The translations under genes were made by a program, and so were the position numbers. Of a stretch of 64,000 nt of DNA, positions 10,101 through 22,200 are shown piece after piece (position 1 is the first letter of the stretch; each line of letters begins with the position of its first letter). The notes beneath the pieces are model-generated. The model was not told where the DNA came from. It saw only the letters and a program-made list of their open reading frames with translations, and did no database searches. This stretch comes from Bugula neritina. Lineage: Eukaryota > Animalia > Bryozoa. The DNA lies in assembly GCA_964035545.1 (NCBI GenBank), contig OZ037765.1, forward strand, positions 15,624,995-15,688,994, read 5' to 3'.

Positions 10101-12548
10101 TGAGCCAGTGCAGGGTGTAGCTTCTACATGGGTTAGTCCTTTAGTTGTAGTTCCTAAAGAAGGTGATGAGGTTCACCTTTGTGTTGACATGCGTAGAGCC
10201 AATACTGCCATCGTCAGAGAAAGATATTCGGTTTCTACCGTTCAAGAGATGCTTGTAGAGTTGAATGGTGCTTAGGTATTTTCTAAGCTAGATTAGCATC
10301 AAGGTTTCTTTCAGTGTGAGCTCGAGCTCTAGAGACATTACTACTTTTGTTAGCCATGTAGGTCTATTTCGTATGAAGAGGCTTGGAATGGGAGTGTCAG
10401 CTGCTCCTGAAGTATTCCAGTACACAATTCAGAAAATTATCAATGGTCTTAGTGATGTCTTAGATATGGCTGATGACATAGTTGTGTTTGGTAAGGATTC
10501 TGAAGAGCACAGAGATAGGCTAATGCAAGTGATGGCTTGCTTGTCAGAGTGTCACTTAACTCTGAATGTTGCTTTGGTTTGAGTTCCATCAAGTTTCTTG
10601 GTCATATTTTGTCTAGAGATGGCATTGCTCCAGATCCCTCAAAGGTTGAGTCAATTCTTGGTGCTAGACAACCAGAGACGGTCTCTGAGCTCAAGGGGTT
10701 TCTGGGTCTTGTGCAGTTCGTTGGTTGTTATGTCAAAGGGTTAGCCACAGTGGCAGCTCCTTTGTGGGACCTCACCAAGCCTAAAGCTACTTTTGAGTGG
10801 ACAGATATACGTCAGAAGTCTTTTGAGCAGATCAAGTCTTTGGTGGGGTCAACTCAGACTTTAGCTTACTATGATAAAATGCATCTACTACTGTGGTTGC
10901 AGATGCTAGCCCTGTGTGTTCTTATCAGTTTCAACAGGATGTGCCAAGAGTAGTTGCTTATGGACGTAGTCGGCTATCTGATGTAGTGTCAAGATATTCA
11001 CAGATAGAGCGTGAGGCACTAGGTCTCATGTGGGCCTGTGAATGCTTCAAGATGTACTTACTGGGTACAAAGTTTTAGTTAGTTACGGACCACAAGCCTC
11101 TAGTGAATATATTTGGTAAGCCTAAATCTAAACCGACACCTAGGTTAGAGAGATGAAGTTTGATACTCCAGGCCTTTGATTTTGCTTTAGAGTATAAGCC
11201 AGGTAGCAGTAACATTGCTGATTCTCTATCTCAGTTGAGTGTTTCTAAGGATGATGTTGTGGAACCTTCGACTGGTAACTCATACTTATGTACAGTTGCT
11301 AGCATGGCTGTCCCATGTGCTATGAGGTGGTCAGAGATTCAGAGTGCAGCTCAATCTTGTGAGGAGACTCAGGCTATACACAAAGCTATCGAGTCAAATG
11401 ATTGGAAAACTGTTTCTGCTGTGATTAGGTCTTTCAGAAATGAGATGAGTAGTCGAAACGGTGTAGTTCTCAGAGGTAAACGAATATTTGTTCCACAGAG
11501 TCTGAGGTCCAGGGCTTTATCTCTTGCTCATGAAGGACATGTAGGTATCGTAAAGAGCAAGAGTAGACCTAGGCTCAAGGTTTAGTGGCCTGGAATCGAT
11601 AGGGACGCTGAAAGCTTGTGTAGGCAGTGCTTGTCATGTCAGTTAGTTGGTTCTAGTGTTCCTCCTACTCCTATCACTCCCACTAAGCTACCAGGCGGTC
11701 CTTGGAAGTTCTGTAGTGTTGATTTACTTAGTCCCCTTTCTGATGGTCGTTCTACCATCATCTTCATAGATTACTATAGTAGACTATTTGAGGCTGGTTT
11801 TCTAAGTAATACTAAGACAGGCAAGGTTGTCTCAGTTCTTGAAAATGTCTTTGCTCGGTATGGTTACCCAGAGATTTTGAGGTCAGATCATGTTCCCCAG
11901 TTTGTTTCCAGTGAATTCCAGAGTTATCTTGCAGAGTGTGGTGTCAACTAGCTATCTACAACTCCATTGCGACCCCAGGCTAACGATCAAGTGGAGAGAA
12001 CTAACAGAGGTAATCTCAAGATGCGGAGAATTGCAAATTCTGAGTGTAGGAACTTGGAGCAAGCTCTGTTGAAATTTCTTATTGCTTACAAGTCTACGCC
12101 CCATGCGGCTACAGGTATGACACCTTATGCTATGATGTTCGGTTGTGAGATGCGTACCAAACTACCTATGCTCTTTAATGAGGTTGCTAAGACTGCTGAA
12201 GAGGCAGGAGACAGTAATGCTTTGTATAAACAGAAGATAAAAGATCAAACAGATGTTGGTTCTAAATATAGTCCTATAGGCCGATGCGATTTTGTGCTGT
12301 TGAGACGTGAAATTAGAAGTAAGCTGGATACTATGTATCATCCAGGGCCATACAGAGTCGTAAATGTTCAGGGTAGAGATATGACTTGCGTTGGTCCTGT
12401 TGGTAAAGTAGTTAGGCGCCATGTCTCTGTTACTCGTAAAGTTGTAGCGCCCGACCCTGGTCCAATAGTTGCTGATCCTCTTCTATCTTCATGTCCTATT
12501 TCTGTAGCTCCTGATGTTCCTGTTGCCCCGAGTTCTGTGTCTGGTTTT

Positions 12549-12641
12549 CCTGGTCTCAGTTCTAGTTTTCCTGGTCTCAGTTCTAGTTCTCCTGGTTTCA
12601 GTTCTAGTCCTCCTGGTCTCAGTTCTAGTTCCCCTGGTCCT
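12549..12641 (+). repeat. 21-bp minisatellite (CCTGGTCTCAGTTCTAGTTYY, about 4.5 copies) in the pol tail of copy B
   Basis: Direct tandem units encoding PGLSSS(F/S/P). Confidence 0.9.
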
Positions 12642-12856
12642 AGTGTTAGAGTCCGCGAGTGGAGAATACCGATACGATATCAAGATTACCATATGTACTA
12701 GTTCTGGGTACATGTGATCTGTGTTCTTTGTTCATTATAAATACTCATGCAATATGTTTTTTACATTATAAATACTCATGTAATATGTTGTTTACATGTT
12801 TTATTTTTCTTTAATAGTCCTGGATGGATATTGTGTTTACATCGAGGCTATATTAT

Positions 12857-13307
12857 TGTGAGTTGTCCTCTCGAACCGACCACGCTAGTTGCGTGTTCCG
12901 GTGGAGCAGCCATGTTGCATTACTCGCGGCCACTTCGAATTTGCTATTGCTTAGAGAAGGACGTGTGGTTTGCCATAACATTATTATTCAGTCTTATCAC
13001 TTATCAGAATAGTTTTATTGTTACATTTAATTAGTGTTGTTAGTAGTTAGTTATTTCTTCGTGTACATAAATAGTTTAGTCAGTGTAAGGTTTTCTTATT
13101 TGTAGTTTTAAGTTTAGTTGCCTGCCAATAAAGTTTTACTGGTAGGGGGCTACTAGTGTAGTCGTTAGTGTGCACTGCTTAGCAGTTTGGAGAGCCAAAC
13201 TGCGTTGTCTTGCGTGGAGCAAGTCGGGGTGGCGCTTGGTGTGACGCAGGGGTGGTAGGTGGTCACGGAGGCAGCTTGGAGCTGCCGTTTATTATAATTT
13301 GACAACA
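12857..13307. mobile_element. Solo LTR (451 bp) inserted in the 3' LTR of copy B
   Basis: TGT...ACA ends and 5-bp TSD ATTAT (12852-12856, 13308-13312). Removing it restores collinearity with the 5' LTR. Confidence 0.9.
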
Positions 13308-13717
13308 ATTATATTTCTAGTTTTAGAGATTATATATATGTTGTGCATGCCAGTTGAACTCATGTGTGAGGATTTTAGTTCAGTGGAAATATATTTGATT
13401 GCTTATTTAAATCTGAGCAATTATGCAATTAATACAATACCACACCAATGACAATATAACACCCTGTTATGTCCGTACCGAATAAGCCGAATAATCAGTT
13501 AAATCAGCTAAATGCAAGATAATAATCAATGTTAGGCTATATAATTGTTTCATTATAATTTAGAAAATTCAAGAGTTGCAAAGTTTTCATTTATTGATGA
13601 AATTATTATTTTATAATTCAGTCTGTTCTGAAGCATTCCTTACATGGAAAAACCCATGATTACTTTTTTAAATCTAAAAATATGTTTCAGTATTAAAATA
13701 TAACTGTTACAGGTATT

Positions 13718-15736
13718 ATGAATCGTGATGTAACAATAAAGATGGAATATAGTCCACTGAACAAGTTCTCTTCCAGTGAAGAAGTTGAACAATACAGTCT
13801 GCCAGCACCATCTGTGACGCCTGTTCGATCAAAAAGACGGAAAAAGCGGAGAGAATACGATTCTCTGAAAGCTCACGCTGTTGATTCTGGAAAAATTTTG
13901 CGGCTGTGTACTTGCAGTAGCTGCATTATGTCTATAGTCATTATTTTATTGTTAGTCTTTATTAGTGCTCTTGCAGTGGTAGTATATTATATGTCTTCAG
14001 AAGTGGCTAAAATGCAAAATCTTATAGACAACATGCACATTGCTGAGGAACATTCCTCTTTAAAATATGTATCTTTGCAAAAAGAATCAGATGATTTGTA
14101 TTTGATGATGCAAAAACTTGCAGCAACTCTACAAAATGTGAACTCTACTGTAAATCACCTAGAACTGAATGTCACATCAATTAGTGCCTTAGTTCGTAAG
14201 TCACCGTCAACTGCTAGCAGCAAAGACTCCTCGCCAGCTGTACAATCCATAGAGCACAAACTAGCAGCATTTGGAAGTGAACTAACATCTGTTAAAGGAG
14301 ACCTAGCAACTTTACGGCAGAAAGAGTTGAGCCTTGAGCACCGTATTGAAGAAGTTGATGCATCTATACTGCCAATAGCTCCTGAAAATACTTCTGTCGC
14401 CTTTGTTTCACCTTCATTGTGTAAGTTAGCAAGTATTATCCTGATAAATTATAGGTTTGCATCTAATTGACCACTCCAAAGATGCTGGATTATGTAAAAA
14501 TTAGCTACTAAGATTATAAGTACCCTTCATCTTACACTAGAGTTCTAATGAAATTATGCTATAGAAATGGGAGTGTCAGATTTAGTTGACAGCTTACACA
14601 CAGTCTAATTACTTTTTGATTGGTCTGACTAAGTATTAAATGCACAAACATATATTGTATATCTTGCGTCTCTTTATTTTGCTTTTTTCTCCTTACAGCT
14701 GCTACTGATCAAGAGTTTTTAGCATCACTGGAATCTCGCATTTCTGCGGTCAATGATACCTGCTCATCAAAAATAAGCTTCTTGCAAACATCAATTCAGC
14801 ATAGTTATCCAGCTGAAGACAAAATCCTGCAACTTGACAACAATACTGCAGTTTATACATTAGATTATCCAGAAGTTAGTATTTACATATGTTATTTTAT
14901 CTTCTTCAGTGATTAAAGCACTCTTTTATTGAAAATTAAAAGTCGTGGTTTTGTATTGTTCTCTGCATTCAAATAAGTTCCGATTAGTAGCTCTGTATAC
15001 TACTATTAGACTTCGTACACATAAAGTTGATGAATATACTGCTCAATATAGATAAATCACTTAGGAGAGTTTTTAACTTTTGAGACGTGAAACTGTAATT
15101 GGCTGAGCTGGAATTTTTAAAATCCAACTCTTAATTTTTAGAATTTTTTCAAGTTGAAATTTTACAGTTTTCAGGATCAGAAAAATGTAACTCAAAATTT
15201 TGATTTACATCTACACTGGTGTATCATTTTCTTTAATATATTACAGATTATATTTTTTCTAACAGCTAAATTCATTGTGTATATTGCAGGCTCTTTCGTC
15301 GTTAAACAAAACTCTTGAAGGTGTAACAATTAATTTTGACCACTTGAAAGTCAAATACAATTCGGAATCGGAGTTACTCCTGCAGAGAGTTGATCAGCTA
15401 GAGATTTCTGTACAAAACTTCAGAAATGAGTTGCAATATCTTCTGAGTAATAATTTAGAAAATAGGTTGATAAATCTGACAATAGCCTCAGGCATTGAAG
15501 ATATAATATCTCGGGTGATTTCGGACAAAACTACATTGATATCTCGAAACATTGCTGAACACTCTAGGCAACTCAATATGTTAGGAAACGAGATTCATGA
15601 GCTGAAAAAAGATCTCAACTTCAAAGCCATGCCTACCAAACCAACTTCAATGGCTAATGAAAACCTTCAGCCAACAAGTCTGAAAACCCCGGCCAAAAAC
15701 TCATTTCAAAAAATTGGGCACATCTCATTAAAATGA
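13718..15736 (+). CDS. EFCAB14/KIAA0494-like type II membrane coiled-coil protein (about 441 aa, 3 coding exons)
   Basis: Exons 13718-14420, 14699-14874 and 15290-15736 have GT-AG introns and compatible phases (1, 0). KKRREYDSL basic motif, single TM helix, then coiled coil with SIEHKLAAFGSELTSV resembling EFCAB14 as recalled. No EF-hand seen. A splice acceptor at 13712 implies an upstream non-coding exon. Confidence 0.7.
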
Positions 15737-16258
15737 AATCACAAAATTTAAAAGATTTATTTGGTGTTTTAAAATTCAACTAATCACCCAATGTGCAAGA
15801 ACTTGACCTTTTACAAAGTATGTAGGATATGCATGAAAAAAAATATCAATATTTAATTTTTACTTTTTGCTAGCAACATATAGTGTAATAAACCCCTAAT
15901 TTGTAAAATATATACTGTATCCTAAAATTTGGGTATTTAAGCTATTAATTAGTGCTGCTGTTGCTTTAAAATAATTTTATATAAGCTTATTTGATATTAT
16001 ATGACTAAATGTAAATAAAACTATATTTTATGAAAAATAATTGGTGGTGATTGAAACTAGGAAATCCAGGTGTGTGCCAAAGCATTATTAGGTTATGCAC
16101 ACAACTAACCATTTGAGCAATAAGGCAATGTAATATCAGTAATTTTAATTTTATAAATCTAAATTAAAGACTTAAAATTATGAAATATGGTAAATCAGAT
16201 TTGATTTTCCGAAATTATCCTTCTGAAAAAAAGGCAATAAAAGGACAATTAGTTTGGG

Positions 16259-19200
16259 CTAAGCTGGACTTCGGTTTGATTGCTGAGGCTTGGATTTGTC
16301 AATTTTGGAAGCTTCCCGATTTTTATGTATATATTCATGAACGTTGAGCATGCCTTTGACAACGCAGGCACTCAAAGCACTTCGGTAAACATTCATGTCT
16401 GTGGCATCATACCTTGAAATGTAATGAAATACAATGATGTGAGAGCATATTACACGCAAAGCAAATCTATCGAATAAAATTTCCTATTATCACTATAGGA
16501 TGTACCATTCAGATAACTTTGCCATGTCCTTTTTTAGACAAAACCATATCTATTTAATATTTCATGAAGTGGGCTAAAGTGAAATCTGTGTGCCTGTATT
16601 TATCATGAATTTGCATAATTGGCAGGAAATACTGATTTGCAATGTTTATAAAAAGCAATTAGCACCAGAACACTAACTCACCACTGGTCTACCAAATCAT
16701 CATAACATTCTACATTATAGATCGTGGTCACACCATTGAATCCTCCCATTACAAATATCATATCATCAATCACCTACAAATTAGCTATTTAATGTATCTG
16801 AACATATTATGTCAAATAGCTGTTTTTTGTACATAAATTACATTAGAGAACTATAGTGTTGAAAGTTAGACAGTTGTATTATAATACTAACAAAAAGACA
16901 TTTGTAAGCAGCCTGTTATGCAAAATACATTGCATTATAATAGACCAAGTAAACCTCAGCCAATTAGGGGTGTGTACCAAATTCTAAAACCTCACCATTA
17001 TAACATAAAAAATTCTGCAAGTCCAAATGCAAAATGCATGCTTCTGAAAACTATAGCTGTGCAACTTGCATTACATACATTGTTTTTATTTCATATCTTA
17101 AATTTATGTGTCTTGAGTTCATTTTTTACAATGTTTAAATTAAGTGCTTAAAAGATGCAATTGAAAAACAAATGGCTGCAAAAATGACCTAGTAGTGTTT
17201 TACCACAGCTCCAGCCGTTTTGGTAAAACATACTTGATGGTTTTTTATTGACATAGTGGTAAATGAGCTGGTTGTTTTTGGCAGTTGGTAGCTGTGAAGC
17301 ACTGCAGATTTTACATAATTCTAATTGGCTGAACTCTACATGACCAGTTGATGCTTGTATCTGATTGGCGTAATAATGCATTTGCATTTGAAAATGTAGA
17401 GCTTTATATAAATTATAATCGTGATATTTTAGAGTTGGTACACACCCCCTTTTGGTTGAGTTTTATAGTCTGTTCATGCTGTAGTGTATAGGGAAATTAT
17501 TAGTATTACGAAATCTGTTTGCTCAATGAACTATGTTAGCTTACTGTGCTATGCCAACTTTCTGAGTTGGTTTGTAATAACTATAGACAGCTATATCTTA
17601 GGTGATTTCATTGAAGGTAGACACTGCTTTAGAAGGCTACTCAAATCAACCACTGCTGTTACTATTACAACACATTAGCAAGAGCATAGCACAGTCAGTG
17701 AGCTGTAATGGCAGTCCTACACCATATTTATCAGTACTATCATATACATACATACACACCCACACAGTCTACACATGCTGTAGAGATGACTACAGCATAA
17801 ACAGACTATAAAACTCAACCAAAGTGTGGTGTGTACCAACTCTAAAATATCACGATTATAATTTATATAAAGCTCTACATTTTCAAATGCATTATTACGC
17901 CAATCAGATACAAGCATCATCTGGTCATGTAGAGTTCAGCCAATTAGAAATGTGTAAAATCTGTAGTGCTTCACAGCTACCAACTGCCAAAAACAACCAG
18001 CTCATTTACCACTATGTGAATAAAAAAACATCAAGTATTGATTTGGTTTTCATTATTCAATAATAATAACATAATCATCATAATTATCATTTATGGCCTA
18101 AGCCTGATTGTAGGGTATTATGACATTTTAGTACTCAGCAAAACTTACTTCTATAGCATAATTACTGCGGGGGCTGTACATTTCTGAAATTGGTGTCCAA
18201 AGGTTTCTCTTAGGATCCCATTTTTCGCAAGTACTTAGTCTTGTGACACCATTAAAACCGCCTGCAGAAAGCAAGAATTAATGTTGCAACAAGTTAAAAA
18301 CTGCTGCATTTATTAGCAAGCATTAATAGACGCTTTTCACATGTCCCATTAAGGGAATTTGTATTTTGAAGTTGTCTCTTCCCGCCAGGCTGCGGGGCAG
18401 TCTCTATGGTATATAGAAGGCACATAAAATCAGTAAAAATCTGAGGTTTGTGTGTAGAATATTGCTAGTGCGAGTTTTATTTTTTCTGAGATTAGTATTT
18501 TGGCATAAGCACACGTGGTGTGGTGAATTATGGTGCATCTGAAGTGACAACTCCAATACCCTGTTCTTCGACATCAGGGCTGCAATCATCTACGATACGC
18601 TCTACGATACGCTAAGCTACGCCCCCAACCCCATGCCATAATACACTGCTACGCTATCTCTCATGATACTAAATAGGATCGGCCAATCGGGGGTAAAGCT
18701 AATGATCATACGATCATTAGCATCTTACATCAGCAGCTGGATAGTTGATTGATTGATTGATTGATTGATTTATTACATATCACAAACATGACAACACGTT
18801 GCAAAATTCAGTGTAAATACTGGCTATAATAAGTAGGAATGAACAAAAATAAGAGAAAAAATCGAAACTCTGTTGGATTATTTAAAATAAAAGCTCATTT
18901 AAAGTATTTACAAGATGTCGCAAGAAGCTATCTCTGCCCCATGCCCCTCTATATTTGATGGTTCGATATCTTCCAGAAGGGCATTGACTAAGAAAGTTAT
19001 TGATGAAATGGTCATTGTCTGTTATATATTTGATGGCAAGTTCTTTAGTGAGTTTCTGAATGTGCAAATCAATGTTTAGATACTTAATTCCGAGTTTTGA
19101 GCAATCTTTGAGAATTCTTCGAATAGCCTTTTTATCACTGGCATAGATACAAGTAAAAATAGTAGGTAGACAATAGGCGATGCGGGACGTGATGAAACTT

Positions 19201-22200
19201 TTGAATAGCATATTTGCTAGAGGTTTAGAGCTAAGATACGCAAAATTCTTCACAATATACATTCTTCTTGATGCTGTTGTTACTACTGATTGTACATGTT
19301 CATGAAATCTCAAATTCTGATCCACTAACACACCAAGATATCTCACTTTTTCAGACAATACAATGTTTGTTTCATTCAATACGAGAGTAGGGGTATGAGG
19401 TTTAGCACGTTGGGTTGAGAACATCATTTCTTGGGTCTTGCTAGGGTTTAATAATAGATTTAAATCATCACATTGCTTAGAAATTCTTTTAATCTCGTCA
19501 AAGTAAATATTTAGATCAGACTGTTTGCCAATGCAGCCAATAATGCAAGTGTCATCTGCATATTTAATTACGGTGATGTTGCTCTGGCTTGAGGTAATCC
19601 TATTAGTGTAAATAGAAAACAATAGTGGAGATAAACAGCACCCTTGGGGAATTCCTGTGTTAGTTATGATTGGATTTGATGTTATGCCATCCACTACTGT
19701 GCGCTGTACTCTGTTTGTAAGAAAGCTGTAAATCCACTCAGTAACATTGGAGTCAAGATGAGTTAGTTGCGTAATGAGGTCTGGAATAGATATAGTATTG
19801 AATGCAGAAGAGAAGTATGAGTTGTTTGCATAGATATTGTAAAATAATGTAGCTTCTCTCACTTGTGTTATTTTATTTACTCTTGTATTATTCATACTAA
19901 ATAAACGCTATCTGTACTCAATACTCTACATTGGTAGTCTATCAGCACCCAGTCTCAAGTACCCACAATTAAAGTGAATAGCACAAATTCACAACAGTGG
20001 TGGCAGCAGTTGGATTAAATTAAGACTGATGCTCCTGGCTGAGAAGTAAAAGAGTATGGCGAGTGACGACGAAGGAGACATCCCCCGTCTGGAGCCGATC
20101 GAAGCAGGACCGGCAGCTGTAGAAGATGTCATAGGCGGCCCAGCGCTGCCTATGCACAGGTATTATTTCCGGGCTCCTACGTTCTGCGGAGAAGAACACG
20201 CGGAGCAATTCATTGCGGAGCTCCGCAATGTGGCGGCCATCTATAAATGGCACGCCAGGGTCACTTTGATACAGCTGTGGTTATGTCTGACGGGATCGGC
20301 TAAACCTTATTATATCGGCCAAGATTTCGACAGCATCTTGGAGGGGTTAAGAGCCAGGTTTGGGCTCACCGCTCGAGATGCGCGTGTGCAACTCCAAGGA
20401 CTTAGGCGAGATCCTATGACACCCTTGCGAGAACACGTGACCGTAGTGGAACGGCTGGCATAAGTCGCTTATGGCGACTTGCCGGCAGAAGGCCGGAGGA
20501 GTCTGGCATTAGAGGCGTTTCTCCAGTCGGTCAACAGTATTGGCTTAAAAGGGCACTTGCTGGTAGCTGAAGTTGATACGATGGAAAGGGCCCTTCAGCT
20601 TGGAAATGCCTATTGCAAGCCGGTAGCGCGTTTCGGCCTGATGTGAACGCGCAGCAAGTAAAAGCCGACGATGGATCACCACCGTCGTTGGCTGCTGCGG
20701 CAGTCCTTGTGGCCAAAGCGGCAGCTTAAGGGACCGGCTTAACTACGAGCCTGGTCCAAGAGCTGCTGACTGACAACCGGTAGCTGAGCGGCCTGCTAGG
20801 CCGCCGCCCTCTGTTGGGTTTGTGGTAGTGAACGACATCTCCTGAAGAGCTGTCCACACGGTGGGAGAAAACGCTTACCCCTAGACGGCCCACAGTAGAA
20901 TCCGCCGACCGTGGGCCTCGGTTCAACCCCCCCCAGCCTCCCGGACTAAAGCCGAAAGCCAACAGGGCAGGGAGACTGCCTTCCTCAGAATGGAAAGCCC
21001 TAAAGAGAGTCAGCAGGCCACAAGGTTTGCCGGAACCTCCGGCTTGGCCACCCAAAAACTGCTTTGGAGGATTACAAGAGGAAGGAGTGGGAGCAGGACC
21101 GAGATTTCCCTCGACTGCCCACGAGACCTCATAGACCTCCTCACAATCGGAGAGCGGAGGTGCATCCCAAACTCCATGCACATGAGATGTCGCCTCCAGA
21201 GACGAGCCGCTCAGTGAGCGCCCAGTCATATGGAAGCAGTTATATCCTGCCCGGTAAGCTTGCGGGCAAAGCTGCAACATTCCTGTTGGACACTGGGTGT
21301 ACTACTAATCTCCTGAGCCGGCGTCTTTTTGACACACTCAATGCAGGAGACAGGGCTAACCTGGAGCCATATGAAGGGGAGCACGGCATGTTGGCGGATG
21401 GGTCATGTATTCCATTCTATGGCATGATTAAGCTGACAGCTTGAGTCCATGATCAGGTGATCAGCGAGACTTTCATCGTCAGTCAGCTAAAGAAGGACGC
21501 TGTTTTAGGGATGCCTTTCCTAAAGAGACACAAGTGCCACATTGACTTTAACAGGTCAGCGGTGATGTTGGCCGGGCCTGAGCTTGCTTGTGTGAATAAA
21601 TTTGTCAGGCCCTTGGTGGATGAGTGCAGGTGGTACGATGTTGCACCATTTCTAGGCGCTCACGTGCTACAGTTTGCTGCAGAGTGAACTGTAGGAAAAT
21701 ATCTGACTTCGGAGTGGTGGAAGGGGCTTTTGGAGGCAAACAGCCTGAACCGACTGGACGAGCGTTGGGAGTTCCTGGTACAGTGTGTGAACCCTTTAAC
21801 TCCGTGCAGGAGGAGGATGTCGGGCCCACCATAGAGACAGCGGAGGAGACTCGTGGGGTACTCACTACAAACATCAGGGGGCTGGTACCTGAACACTTGG
21901 TAGATTTATACGGGAATGCCTGTGATGGCTGTGAGAGTAACTGGGAACGTCAGGTAGTGGCGCAGTTACTCTCTGAGTACAAAGATGTGTTCAGTTGCGG
22001 CGACCATGACATGGGCCTGATTACGGCTGTCTGTCATGAGATACCCCTAGCGGCAGGGACGGGGCCGATTCTGCAGCCGACCCACAGGTTAGGTTCTGAG
22101 AAGGAAAAGGAAGTGAGCCGTCAGGTGCAATACCTTCTGAGCCAAGACCTGATTGAGCCAGCTGACAGTGTTCTGTTTCGCAAACGGGATGGGAGCTGGA

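Larger units (their letters stand above)
8496..13461 (+). mobile_element. Decayed full-length Gypsy (Mag/K02A2.6-like) retrotransposon copy B
   Basis: 5' LTR 8496-8684 and 3' LTR 12829-13461 (interrupted). PBS TGGCGACAAG (tRNA-Ser-like). TSD TCCTG/CCCTG with 1 mismatch. Fragmented gag (CCHC knuckles), FLIDSNA protease, MADD RT, RNase H and integrase with many stops and frameshifts. Confidence 0.92.

Noticed and set aside
12549-12641. CRISPR-like array (also the GATCGATC and GACTAAAATGGG repeat clusters)
   Set aside because: There are no unique spacers and no cas genes, and the context is eukaryotic. These are a minisatellite and TE subterminal repeats.
19817-19895. N-terminus of the 337-aa RT ORF as a real start
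   Set aside because: It is read from the antisense strand of the adjacent LTR. The LINE itself is truncated at about 19816.
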